This document shows, piece by piece, positions 52,611 through 64,000 of a DNA stretch of 64,000 nt (the first letter of the stretch is position 1; each line of letters starts with the position of its first letter). The notes below the pieces were generated by a model. That model worked only from the letters and a program-made list of their open reading frames with translations, did no database searches and had not been told where the DNA came from. A program made the position numbers and the translations under genes. Source of the DNA: Camelus ferus. Lineage: Eukaryota. The stretch is from assembly GCF_009834535.1 (NCBI RefSeq), contig NC_045696.1, forward strand, positions 73,534,001 through 73,598,000, given 5' to 3'.

Positions 52611-52949
52611 AGGATTCATCCTAAAACACTTCCTCCTCATGCTGTCTCTTATTCAGCCTCAACTCCATGTTCAAGAACTCCAGTTTTCCATCTTTAATAT
52701 GCCTGATATTCTCTCAGTATCCCCTGGGCTTCCCACATTCCTCAAATTACAGTTTTATAACCTCCTAAGACTTGTTTTCTGTTTATGTTTCTGTATTTTT
52801 CCAATCACAGCATAATTCCAAATCTTAACCTTATAATGCCATTTCTTTCTCTCCCAAAGATATCACATGCTTCAACAGTACCTAAACAAGACATCATACA
52901 TGATAAATATACAACTATTTTTGCTTGCATTCATACATTTTCGTTATAT

Positions 52950-53390
52950 AATTGCTGTAACCATTTAGGAAAGCAATTTAGAAATATGTATTGAGAATTC
53001 AAAAGGCTTTTACTGTTTAACTTACCGTTCCCATCTTTGAGGAATGTATACTGGGTATATAACGGGGTGGGGGAAAGTCATATGCATTGCAACTTATGTA
53101 AGAGTGAAAATTTGAAAATAAATCTAAAATACTCAAGTAGAAGAAAAATAAAATAAATCATGGTACCTAAATCTAGGAGATCTCATGGATTCATGGAAAA
53201 GGTTATTTAGGAAGAATACTCAAAAATATGTGAAAATATTTTGTATATTAAATGAAAAATAGCAAACAAAATAGGAAGCATACCTGTGAGACATAGATGT
53301 AAATGACCAAAGACTAGAAGAAAATATGCAAAGTTAAAATATACAAATGATTAATATGATGTTTTTGTTTTTCTGAGTTTAAAAAATCTG
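52950..53390 (+). mobile_element. Ancient L1ME 3' remnant
   Basis: aaccatttaggaaagcaatttagaaatatgtatt...aaatttgaaaataaatctaaaat...aataaatcatggtac. Confidence 0.5.
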
Positions 53391-54129
53391 TTTAATTAAC
53401 TTCTAAGCATAACCCTCATATCCATCACAAGAATTGGATCATGGCCTTTGTACCTCAGAGCAATCAAGGTGTGCTTTGCATTTTGTGTAACAGATATCCT
53501 TCCGCACTTAATCCGTGAGGATGAAACCTGACTAATGTCAGTTCAAAAGCACTGAAATTGGGATTTGCAGCCTTTCTCGTTGATGACTCTGAGCAGAATG
53601 TTTATTTCTCAGCTAAAACAATGGGAAGAACATGAATCTAAAACAAAAAATTAGTTGAATTCTACAAATAGATGTCATAGCTGCAAATCAAAGGGCAGTC
53701 TTAATATAAACAGGGTAGAAGTGCCTGTTTCCACATTAGTTTTATCAGTCCCACCTGAACACTCACATATTGGCAGCTTCTCTGAATGTGTGTGTGCAGA
53801 AGAGGGGTGATGGCACTATCTATACCACATTAATTCACTTGCAGACATCCAGAAAGTATCTCTGTATCCAGAAAATTGGGTTCACTGTGACTTTCATAGT
53901 TCTTTACTTATAGTCCTGACATCTAGTGTCTTTCCTCCCTATTGCCCTTTGTTCGCAAACTTGTGAACTTCGTGCCTCTCTCATCAACTCTTTCCTCATG
54001 ATATTTCATACAGTTAAGATTTCTCCTGTCATTGCCACAGAGGCAGTTCAGGCTCGTTACTTCATGACTGGAACATTCTAATAGTCTTCAACTCCTCACA
54101 CACCTGTTTACCTGTTCAGGTTCCAATTT

Positions 54130-54590
54130 TTCTAGAGGAAGATCAGAGTAGTTGCAAAAAGACCAGTTCAAAAGTGACTGCAGTAGTCCAGGGTGGGCTG
54201 TTTGCAGCATGGGCCAGTGAGGATGGAATGAGTATATATAAGGAATATTTAAAAGGTTAAATCAATATAAATAGTGAAATATAGAAATTGGTAAATACAG
54301 AAATCAGCTGAATTCGGTGCTATGTTGGGTATGGCAGATAAAAGGACAGGTTAAGACTGATTCTTGGGTTTCCAGTTCATGTACCTAGATGGACAGTGGG
54401 GTCATTCACTGAAATAGAGAAAACTAAAGAGGACCACGTTTTGGTTGGGAATTGTAAAATCAGTGAGAATCACATCGACTTTGAAACACCTTTGAATCAA
54501 CCAAGTGAAGATGTTGAGACAACTGAATACATGAAACTGGAGCCCAAAGAAGAAACAGGCTAGAGATAGAAACTCATAAGTCACTGAAGT
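54130..54590 (-). mobile_element. L2 remnant
   Basis: ctgcagtagtccagg...gactgattcttgggtttccag...gtcattcactgaaatagag...ccaagtgaagatgttgagacaactgaatacatg. Confidence 0.6.
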
Positions 54591-55390
54591 ACTCTTCTTC
54601 CCCTATTTATTCAATTCAGTGCCACCACTATGATATAATGTCTTATAACTCCTATATGAGGTTCCAGATTTTTTTGTTAAGAAACCTGTGTACTACTTTA
54701 TCAATGTACATTTTTATGATTCTAGATAACTATAATTTAAATGGCAAAAAAATCAACACATGTTCAACCTTGTTGTAAGTTGTGTAACAAACACTGTAAA
54801 CCTCAATCGGTTGATGAAAAGCCATAACACATAAAGCCTGAGGAATTTAAAAGCGTGTGGCCAAGGGCATCTCCACAGTAAATAGAGTAAATTAAACACA
54901 ATAGTTAAATGCAAACTGCACAACCACAATTAAAGGGGGGAACTCTACAACAGGATGACAAGCTAATAAACATCATGGCTTTGTACTTGGGAAAAGCCTT
55001 CCTACAACAGTACTTTTCAGTGGTATTTTACCAGTTTATCACAGAAGGAAATCATTTCACTCACTCCTAAAGTTTATTTACCAGCTGAACAAAATATAAC
55101 TCATTTAATAATACAGTAACACTGTCATGTATAGGAAAGGAAGAAAAGTATATATATTTCTCATCAAAAAAAATCAGAACCATTCATCACAGGGGTTAGC
55201 AAACAAGACAGCCCCCAAAATATAATTAAGAAGGGCCTCTTGAGTGATTCTTCACAGAATAAAAATAATGTTTCCAACATGCATGCTGTCTCCTCCCATA
55301 CAGAAAAGCTTCAGACAATTTTTAAATGGAGGTCTCTCTTACTGAAGCTCTCTCTAACCAGGTGTAAGTTGGTGTAAAGACTATATTAGA

Positions 55391-55512
55391 TGGGGGAGGG
55401 TATAGCTCAGTGGTAGAGCACGTGCTTAACATGCATGAGGTCCTGGGTTCAGTCTCCAGTGCCTCCATTTAAATAAATAAATAAAAATAACAACTTTATT
55501 TAAAAAAAAAAA
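55391..55512 (+). mobile_element. tRNA-derived SINE (Vic-1/camelid type) with 15-bp TSD
   Basis: ggggagggtatagctcagtggtagagcacgtgcttaacatgcatgaggtcctgggttcagtctcc, then (taaa)n/poly(A); TSD aaagact(a/g)tattaga at 55376-55390 and 55513-55527. Confidence 0.93.
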
Positions 55513-56224
55513 AAAGACTGTATTAGAAAAGCAAATAGCTAGCTTTGTCTCTAAAAGTAAAGAAAGGGGATATTTAAGCTGAGTCTTCAAGGATGGTAGG
55601 AGTTCACCAAGCCAAAAAGACCTTTCTTGGTAGAGAGGAGAGGGTGCACAAGGCATAGAGATATAAAAGAAGGCACCAAGTTCGCAAGTTTGAGAACAAA
55701 CAGCAATAGGAAGGAAAGACACGAGATGTCAGGACTATAAGTAAAGAACTATGAAAGTCATTCTAGTACGTTTGCATTTTACCCCATGGGAGTTAAGGAG
55801 TTATCCAATGTTTTTCAAACAAGGTGTTTATCATGCTCATATGTGTATTTTAGAACAATAGCTAGGACCTATGTACTATCAGCCATTTTATTCGTATACT
55901 GGGAGAAGTAAGAGTGTCTAGATTGTGACTCTGTGGAAGGATGCTAAAGCAAGAAGCACACAGAGAAGTGTGGGCTGGGGAAGGTTCAGACTGTCTCCAG
56001 AGCCTCCTCTGCGGTGTAACAGGCTTGTAAGGTTTACGTTGAGGCTATATTCTGTGTCCCAGGACGCAGGAATGCCAGCCGTGCAGGGATGCTCAGCCAC
56101 CTCCCAGTGGGAAGGTCCGGCAGGTCTGTGCCAGACATGGTGTGGGTACCACTAGTGTGGGGTGAGGCAGCGGTCACATTCATCAGAACGGGTGTTCCAT
56201 GTTCAGCTGTAGGATATGTATAAT

Positions 56225-56450
56225 GCCAGCTAACCTGGGTTGAACTCTATGTGCTAAGTACCATTTTGAGTGTGTCACATGCATTAATTTATTTATTCCT
56301 CATAACAACCCTGTAAGTAGATACTATTATCACTCCCATTTTACAGATGAAGAAACTGAAACACATAAAAGTTAGGAAACTTGCCCGAGGTCTCACAGCT
56401 AGTACACAGAGGCACTGGCATTCTAACCTAGGCCACTCTGGCCCCAGAAA
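56225..56450 (-). mobile_element. MIR SINE
   Basis: cctcataacaaccctgtaagtagatactattatcactcccattttacagatgaagaaactgaaac...aacttgcccgaggtctcacagctagt. Confidence 0.9.
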
Positions 56451-56489
56451 CAGCACACCCCTGACACAATGAAAGTGAGCTTCGGCTTC

Positions 56490-56857
56490 CGCCTTGGTCA
56501 GCCCAAACTGCTATAATAAAACACCATAGACTAGATGGGATAAAGAAAACTTACTTCTCACATTTCTGGAGACTGGGAAGTCCCAGATCAAGTTGATAGC
56601 AGACTCGGTATCTAGTAATGGCTCTCTTCCTGGCTGATAGTCACCTTTTGCTGTATTCTCCTCTCACATGGTGGAAAGAAAGCAAGTTCCAAAATCTTCA
56701 TTTTCTTCTAAGAACACTAATTCTATCATGGAGGTCCTACCCTGATGTCTAAACCTAACTACATCCCAAAGAGCCACCTCCCAATACCACTGCATTGGGG
56801 GTTAGGGCTTCAACCCATGAAATTTGAGGTGGAGAGGACACATTCAATCCATAACAG
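56490..56857 (-). mobile_element. MaLR solo LTR (MST/MLT1A-like)
   Basis: ctgctataataaaacaccatagact...ttctggagactgggaagtcccagatcaag...gggttagggcttcaacccatgaaattt...gacacattcaatccataaca. Confidence 0.85.
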
Positions 56858-58134
56858 CTTGCATGTTCTTCTCTTGGAAGGAATTATTATAAGCTCACTC
56901 CCCATGACAGGCTATGCTCGATATATGACACCTTAATACTAAATACACTCAATAAAAGAGGAGTAACATGAAGAGGTACTTAGAGTAGACAGACCAGAAG
57001 GAAGCAGACCAAGCTCTAGTCATTTCTGGGCATAAATGACACATTCTGTGCGAGGGTCAACACTGCCCAACTCTTCCAGTAGAGTCAAATTCTTGGGCTG
57101 CTTTCTGAAAATGTCAAGAGTCTTGGAAGATAATTGGTTTAAGGAGACATTTGATACCATGCAACAAAGCATGGGGAGTGGTGGTAGACACAATGCTAAA
57201 GAAATGTCTAGAGAGAGCAGGAATGGACAGTTGGGTGATGGCTGAGGTAAGTCTTAAAGGCCACACGGAAGTTACCCATGCAAAGGACATGGGGAGGCAC
57301 TCCAGGGCATTCCTTTTCCAAGAGAAAGGGCTGGGTAGACACAAAAGTAGGTCAATATGTTCAAAGACAATGAGCAAATCAACTAATTCCTAATGTCTTC
57401 TAAAATCTTAAATATCCAATGTCCAAATCTGCAAGCCGCACACTATTTCTCTAATTCACAAAGATGTTTTTCAGCATGAATTAGGTCCTCGTAAATCCTC
57501 CTTTGGGTTTCCTCCAGGAGGATAGAGACAGACATCCTGGTGCATATATACATATATTTTTGTCCTTAAATTCTTGGAATTTAAATCCACAAATTAAGTA
57601 ATGATGCTATAGCAAGTGCAATTCAAGATGAGTCCAGAAGTGGCCAGTTCCTGGGATAAGACACACAGAGATAGATTCTTATATCCCTAATAAATAATCT
57701 GATCTGCGTCATTCTTCCATTCTTCAGGGTAATCAGTTCTAAAAGGTAAAGGTATAGCTAGAGAAATAAGGGAAAAGAATTATTTGGTGCTATCTGAAGC
57801 TCACGTTCTGGATTCTCACAGATGCTGTAGTAACATGTAAACTGTTAGGATTAAGTGGCTCCAGCTGGTGATAATTAAAACTAGAGAGAATGGAGACAGA
57901 AGGGGGGGGGGCTTTTGGGGGGAGCTACATTACCTATCAGGAAGAAGCTGATTTTTCTACTGCATTTGTCTCCACACCACCATCACCACCCATCTCTCAC
58001 TCATCTGTATCCACCCCCTCCAACTTCTCCACCAGCAATAAGGGGTCGGTGGTGCAGCAAGGTTAATCCAATCTGCCTTTTGGCTCTGCTGTGTTGTTTA
58101 TGCTGATTCTTTGCCAAAAATATGAAACTTGAGT

Positions 58135-58610
58135 TCTCTTTCATTCAACAAATATTACTGATTTAATATATGCCAGGCACAGGTAATTGCTAATGATATA
58201 GTAGTGGGTAAAGTAAATGTGGCCCCCCACCACAGGGTTTAAATTCCAGTGGGTGATAACTGACAAGTGAATGGTGTTATAAGAGCTGTAAAGGCAGAAA
58301 CATAGGACACTACAGGAGCATGTAAACCTAGAAAATGGAAGCCCCAGGGTGGGCTGGGGGTGGGGAGGGTGAGGATGTGGAGGGGAGTGAGAAAGTGGAC
58401 AGAGTCAAAAAGAGGAGAGAAATCACATTCCAAACAGGGAACTAAAAATAAATCAATATAACCAGAATGTTCACTGGAAAACTCCTTAGTGTTGAGAAAT
58501 GTCTCAGACATAGTAAGTTTGAGACACATGAGCAACATTTAACTGGAGACATCCAGCAGACAGAGACAGACACGGGAGAAAGGTCAGGTTTAGACATACA
58601 GCTTTCTCAT
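58135..58610 (-). mobile_element. L2 remnant
   Basis: tcattcaacaaatattactg...tatgccaggcac...; gtctcagacatagtaagtttgag...ggagacatccagcagacag. Confidence 0.55.
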
Positions 58611-59842
58611 CTCTACAGTGGCATTTTCTTTCCCCATAATATGCAAAAAAATACATTCATTCAAAGGCCATGAGAATACTTGGTGGTTTTTTTTAAAGAA
58701 TTGTCACTAATGTGGAGGAAGTCTGGGGTTAGAGGCACAAAATTATATTCTTTCTGCTGTTGTATTATTTTGCCCTAGAAGGCATTCTTTCACAATGGTC
58801 TACTCTGCTCATCCTTTTTTTGGGAAAGTAGCTACAAACTTAATTCTTTATGCTAACAAAGGCTTTTGTTTTCTTTGTTATCATTTTCTAATTTTAATTG
58901 CTGTTTATCTATTGACTTCAAAAATAGGATTCAGTGTTAGATTAATGCTAAAAACTTAACATTCCCCTAATTTAAACTCTGCATCACAAAATTATAAACA
59001 AAAGTAAATTGTTTCATATCTACATTATATTTTCATGTCTCACATCAATTACAGTGAAAATAAACTTATACAGATTCTAAATATTCTGCCAAGCAAAAAA
59101 AGTTACAGACTAACAAACAGGTACTTATCTTTTCTTTCCAAACCAGAGTCAGGATCTATCCAGTCTCCTTTTTCATATTAGAAAAATCCCTGTTTGCCTC
59201 TTAATAGTTTGCAAACATCTTCTCATGCCTTTCCCAAGTCTCAGTAGCTTTAAGCACAAGTGGCACAACCAACAGGCATGTTTTAACTACATCATCGCAT
59301 CCCTAAAGAGCTCTACTGATTTTCCAACGGACTGAGTTTCAAAAAGTGTATCTTCTTCTTCCTGGGATCACTAATCTTTACCTAGTTTTCCTTTCTGCTC
59401 TTTCTACCTATGCCTTTTTGAGTGGTGTCCCAAACTTTCACAAAAGAATTCTCTGGATATGAAGCTTTTTCACATTTTTTTCACTTTTTAAAAGCTGGGA
59501 ATAAAGTCACATAAAAATAACAATCCAATGAAAAGAATGACAGAGATTCAAACTATATATTTTTAATCTTACTCACATATTGATAATTAAAACAATGAAG
59601 CCCCTTTCAAAGGGAAGGAAAATAAAGACTACTTGAAGTTGGTGGAATAATGGTACTTGCTGACAAGCAATCACTTATTAATTTAATAAATATTCACTAA
59701 TCTTCTTGTTGTAAGATTTTCACATCTTACATATGAACAGAAAGCTAGCTGTAGGGTCCCTATCTTATTCTTTCCACTTAGTAGTAACTCTTGCACCCAG
59801 AGCAAGCTTTTAATGAAAAGCAACTAAGCTGTCCTTAGATGA

Positions 59843-59861
59843 TGGCGCCACCTGGTGGCTA
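59843..59861 (-). promoter_or_regulatory. CTCF-binding motif
   Basis: Minus strand TAGCCACCAGGTGGCGCCA matches the TGGCCACCAGGGGGCGCTA consensus at 16 of 19 positions, in otherwise AT-rich, apparently unique DNA. Confidence 0.65.
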
Positions 59862-62800
59862 GTTTTCAAACCTGTTAAAAACCACATCTCAAGTTTTTCA
59901 GGCAGCAACATTTTTATATTTCCCTTCCTTACTCTTTTCCAGTTCTTGCCCTATTAACTAATATCTTTCTCTTCCTACCTTCTCTATTCTCTGTTCAATT
60001 TTTAAGAAAAATAAATACATAAGCACACCAGCATAATCATGGTAAATAAGCATAAGAGAATACCAGTATTCAAGAATCGGTATCAAAAGAAAAGCCATAA
60101 GATGGGAGACATGAAGAAACAGTCACAACAGACATTTCACCAGACAGTTCCCTCTACTGCTTCATCATCTCCTAATTTACTCAATTAACTCAAGTACCAA
60201 AATGTAAAACACAAAATCTCTCACTAAGTACCAGAATGGTAGCAGGTTGCTTTCTCATTATAAACAAGCATGACTGCAGCTAGGTCACAGATGGGAGAAT
60301 TTGGAATTTTGAAGGCTAATCTGAGAATTTAACTGCCTCTTGTAACAGTTTTCCTCTGAAGAAATACTCTAATTCCTTTAAGTAATTGCATTCTGAATTC
60401 AAATAGTTTTGAATTATGAGCCTTTTATGTAGGGACTTCTTATAATTACAATTCGGTACATCATTTTAAAAAAGAGTATGTTGTTTCCAAACATATCTAA
60501 ACAAATTGACTCAAAGACTGGTCTGTAAAGTGGAGATAGTAAAACTTGGCTTGTTCAGGAGAAACTAAAGGAAAAATTTTAAAGTAGCTAACACAATATC
60601 TGATCAATACTAAGTTCAATTTACTCTAATAAGGTGAATATTTTAAGAGTAGGTATACAATTGAACTGATGAGCTTTATGTTCATTTTGAGTAATTTTCT
60701 TACCAGTAAAATATATAAATCACAGCTAAAATTCTTCATATGAAAAATGATATGATTGACTTAGGTGATCTGTAAGTTTACATCTAGCTCTAAAAATATC
60801 CTGCAATTCTTCAATACTTAGAATCCATATCACAATTGCACACAATTCACAGAAACCACTTTATAATTCAATATTATCTACAGTGTCAGGGCACAAAATA
60901 AAATTATTTCCCCATGCATCACTCCCCATTTATAGATTTTTTTTTCTATTAGGTAAGTAATTAGAAAATAGTCCTCTTACTAATTGTATTAATATAAAAT
61001 AAAATGAGTTTTGGTTTTTCTCAAAGCTGTCTTGTATGATGTTTGAATATCATATTAATTATTATATAGGGAGCCATCAGGTTTGTACATATGAACCTAG
61101 GAAGATACCTAAAAGTTGAATCTCTGAAAATCAACCATGTTGTAAAAGATTCCATCCCCTTATAATCACAAAATATTATAAAATCTCTTAATTGTTCTTG
61201 CAGGCAGGTGAAAATCTTGGAAGAGAGATGGAGTAAAAAAATAGATATGGTCAAAAAGAAGCTTCCAGCAAAGGGCCCAACAGCCAACACCTACTTATCC
61301 CAAGGGGCTGAGGGAGCTGAGGGAGGCATTCCTCACCTGTCCCTCCCCAGGGGAAGACATTAGGAGCCCCTGAATTATTGACTCTGTACTATCCTCACCA
61401 CCCATCCATAGCCACCCCCTTATCTAATGATACACAAGGAGCCTGGAGCAGGAGTGGGAAATGGGCATACCTAGAAGTCACCTCCTACCCTGGAGTGCAG
61501 CTACCATGGGAAGGAGCCCAGTCCAGGCACCTATGGGTTTAAGGACATCATTACTCAGACGATGCTTATCCAAATTCAACATCCCAAAGAGCATTTAGGA
61601 GAACTCATGTGAAATGCAAAAATGTGGGCTCACCATTTTCATTGAGTCATTGAGAGAGAGAGCCTCTTTCCCCCACATGTGCACACCCAGCTAGAAAATG
61701 AATTGAGTCCTTAACTCCTATGGTTTTTACATTCCACTCTGTTGGGTTACTTCACTGGAAGCCTATTGGAAGAGCTTCTCCTGCCCAGCTGGTTGAGGCA
61801 GTGTCTAGCACTAGCCTCCTACATGTCTCAGGAGTTTGAAGTTGTCTACGGGCTTAACCTGGACAAGCTAACCCAATTTTCCCTTCTGTGTGGGCTACAC
61901 TGCTGGAAAACAATTCCCTTTACTTTGAGACACTTCTCTTAAGGAAATTCCTTCAGCCACCATCCTCCACAAAGGCCTGCTCAGGCGCTGCCTTTGTCAA
62001 GAATGCCCATCACCCAGTTCCACAATCTCCCTGTACAGCTCTCATCCACACAGGTCTCTGTTCAACTTCTGTGCAACAGTTATGTAACATAAAGATACTG
62101 AACAAAACAGTGTACACAATAAATATTCATAAGGATAGAACTGTGGAGGAGGGAGAGTGTAACCAAAGTATCTAGAATTGACTGAAACAATGATCTCAAA
62201 TCCAGTAAAAATGGAAGAAGTCCTTCATATTCTGCAATCAGTGTTAGACTACCTCTGGAAGAAGAGTCAAGAGTTGCTGAAAATAGATGAGTTGGAGTCT
62301 CCTGGACCCATAAAGCCTATAAGATCCTTACTGGACCTACCATAAGCAAAGAAACAATCACAGGATACTCCACGATGGCAAGCAAATGTTCTATGAAGAC
62401 AAAATCACATGATCACTATCATAATATGAAAGCAGGCCATGAAAATCACAATTCTGGAATGGATAAAGGGCCTATCCTTGAGAAGATGAAGTTACCAAGA
62501 GCTGTAGCTCCTTTTTTCATCCCCAGTGTGGAGTACATCTACATATTTATTGAGTATCTTCCTCCCTGGTCATGCCACTTGCCTCCCAGAGAAACTCTGA
62601 CCAAAAATGGCTGCTCTTGGGTGCCAATGCTATCGTAAGCCACTTGACTCCTTTTGAGTATACCATTACTGAACTCGTAGTTAAGAGCACTGACCAAAGA
62701 ACCCGGAGACAGTTCATGGATACATGGGGCAAGTGACTAAAGATAGGAACTCTGAGCTGAAAGACTCAAGACAGTTCTCCAACTGACACTGACAATGTTG

Positions 62801-63496
62801 TCACCTCTAACAATAATCCCAGGCTGGCACATGGAAACCTTTTCATTCCAAGGGGAACTATCAAAATAGAATAAAGGCCATCAGTTCAAGTATTATGGTT
62901 TCTGCTTTTAAATTGGATTTACGTTATATGATACTTGCTAAAAGGTAAGTTCACAAGGCAGGAATTTTTTTCAGTGATACACTTTCTATGTGCTAGACAC
63001 TATATATTTTTCATTTATCATGTATTACTATGTCTAGGAAAAACTGATACTAGAGATGGAAAAAATCATAGGAAACTTACTGCCCAGTCTTGTGAGGGCT
63101 CATCTAAGAAATAAACTATTCAATAAATCTTTATATTAAAAAAGTATAAATATCTATATAACTTAAGTAGAAACAAAAGAGGTGTTCAAAGGATCAGTTG
63201 TTAGTTAGATACTTATAGTTAAATGTGAACTGAATTCAGTTATTGAGAGAAATAAAAAAGAAATTAAGCAAGATGAAAAAGATACACACAAGTTACATGT
63301 AAATTTGCTCACAAAAATTATCCTATTGTTCTATAACAACAAGCAATTGTAATCATCCATAGGCACATACAGTCTTTAAAATGTATTCTACTAATGAATC
63401 CTTAAAGACACAGTAAAACTAGTCAAATTTCCATATCATCCAGCTATAACAAGTCAATTTGATCCTTATCTCACTGACCTCACACTTTTAATTTCT

Positions 63497-63679
63497 GGAA
63501 ATCTCAAACTTTAGGGTGCATTAGAATCACCTGGATGCCTTGATAAAACAGATTGCTGGGCACCATTCCAGAGATCTGATTCAGTAGGTCTTGGGTGCAG
63601 ATCAAGTGTCTGCATCTGTAGTAAGTTTCCAGGTCATCCTGATGCTGCTGGTCCAGGGATCACACTTTGAGAACCTCTG
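63497..63679. mobile_element. MER5A hAT-Charlie MITE
   Basis: tctcaaactttagggtgcattagaatcacctgg...aaaacagattgctgggc...ctgattcagtaggtct...ctgatgctgctggtccagggatcacactttgagaac. Confidence 0.88.
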
Positions 63680-64000
63680 CCCTAGAGTATTCACTTTTTA
63701 ACACACCTGAATTTTCAAAATCTCACAGCCCAGTTAAGTCATTCTTAGGCCTATGTATTTGATTATATGAATAGTGTGTCATGTGTGAAAGAGGCTAAAG
63801 TCAGCTTATTCATATATGCTTTAGGTAAAACTGATCTTCCAAAAGTACTTTTTGCTAAAATAAATTCTTCAAAGAAGTTCATTTCTATCTTTGTTAAAGC
63901 ATATTTGAATTGAGATAAATTCCTTCTAACATATGGTATATTATCTTGAGTTTGGAGATCTTTTAAATGCTTACTCTGTGTCTTTTTGAAGTCATGTAAT

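Noticed and set aside
55392..55465. tRNA gene
   Set aside because: The tRNA-like head is followed by an A-rich tail and flanked by TSDs, so it is a SINE; the same applies to 37638-37780.
1..64000. CRISPR arrays, operons, prokaryotic defence systems, rRNA, known miRNA/snoRNA
   Set aside because: The sequence is mammalian; no repeat-spacer array is present (the tandem duplications have only two copies and no spacers), and I recognised no known small-RNA sequence.

Overview
Mammalian, AT-rich, non-coding genomic DNA. It is most likely camelid (alpaca/llama/camel), inferred from two tRNA-derived SINEs of the Vic-1 type and young cetartiodactyl-type L1s. No host protein-coding gene can be assembled; almost all ORFs in the track are chance ORFs or retroelement remnants. 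The main features are a full-length ~7.5 kb LINE-1 with a 16-bp TSD (16329-23837; ORF1 has one nonsense codon, ORF2 is frameshifted), a 5'-truncated copy of the same family (50832-51903), and a ~12 kb nested stack of L1/Tigger1/MaLR/SINE insertions (36.0-48.3 kb). There are also many ancient MIR/L2/MaLR/MER remnants. Every L1 recognised lies on the + strand, which suggests the window may be intronic to a minus-strand transcript. One well-formed 68-bp minus-strand exon candidate (3628-3695) and a strong CTCF motif (59843-59861) were seen. I find no evidence for a novel biological system; the findings are modest structural oddities. Repeat subfamily names come from recalled consensus sequences, and boundaries of old repeats are approximate.
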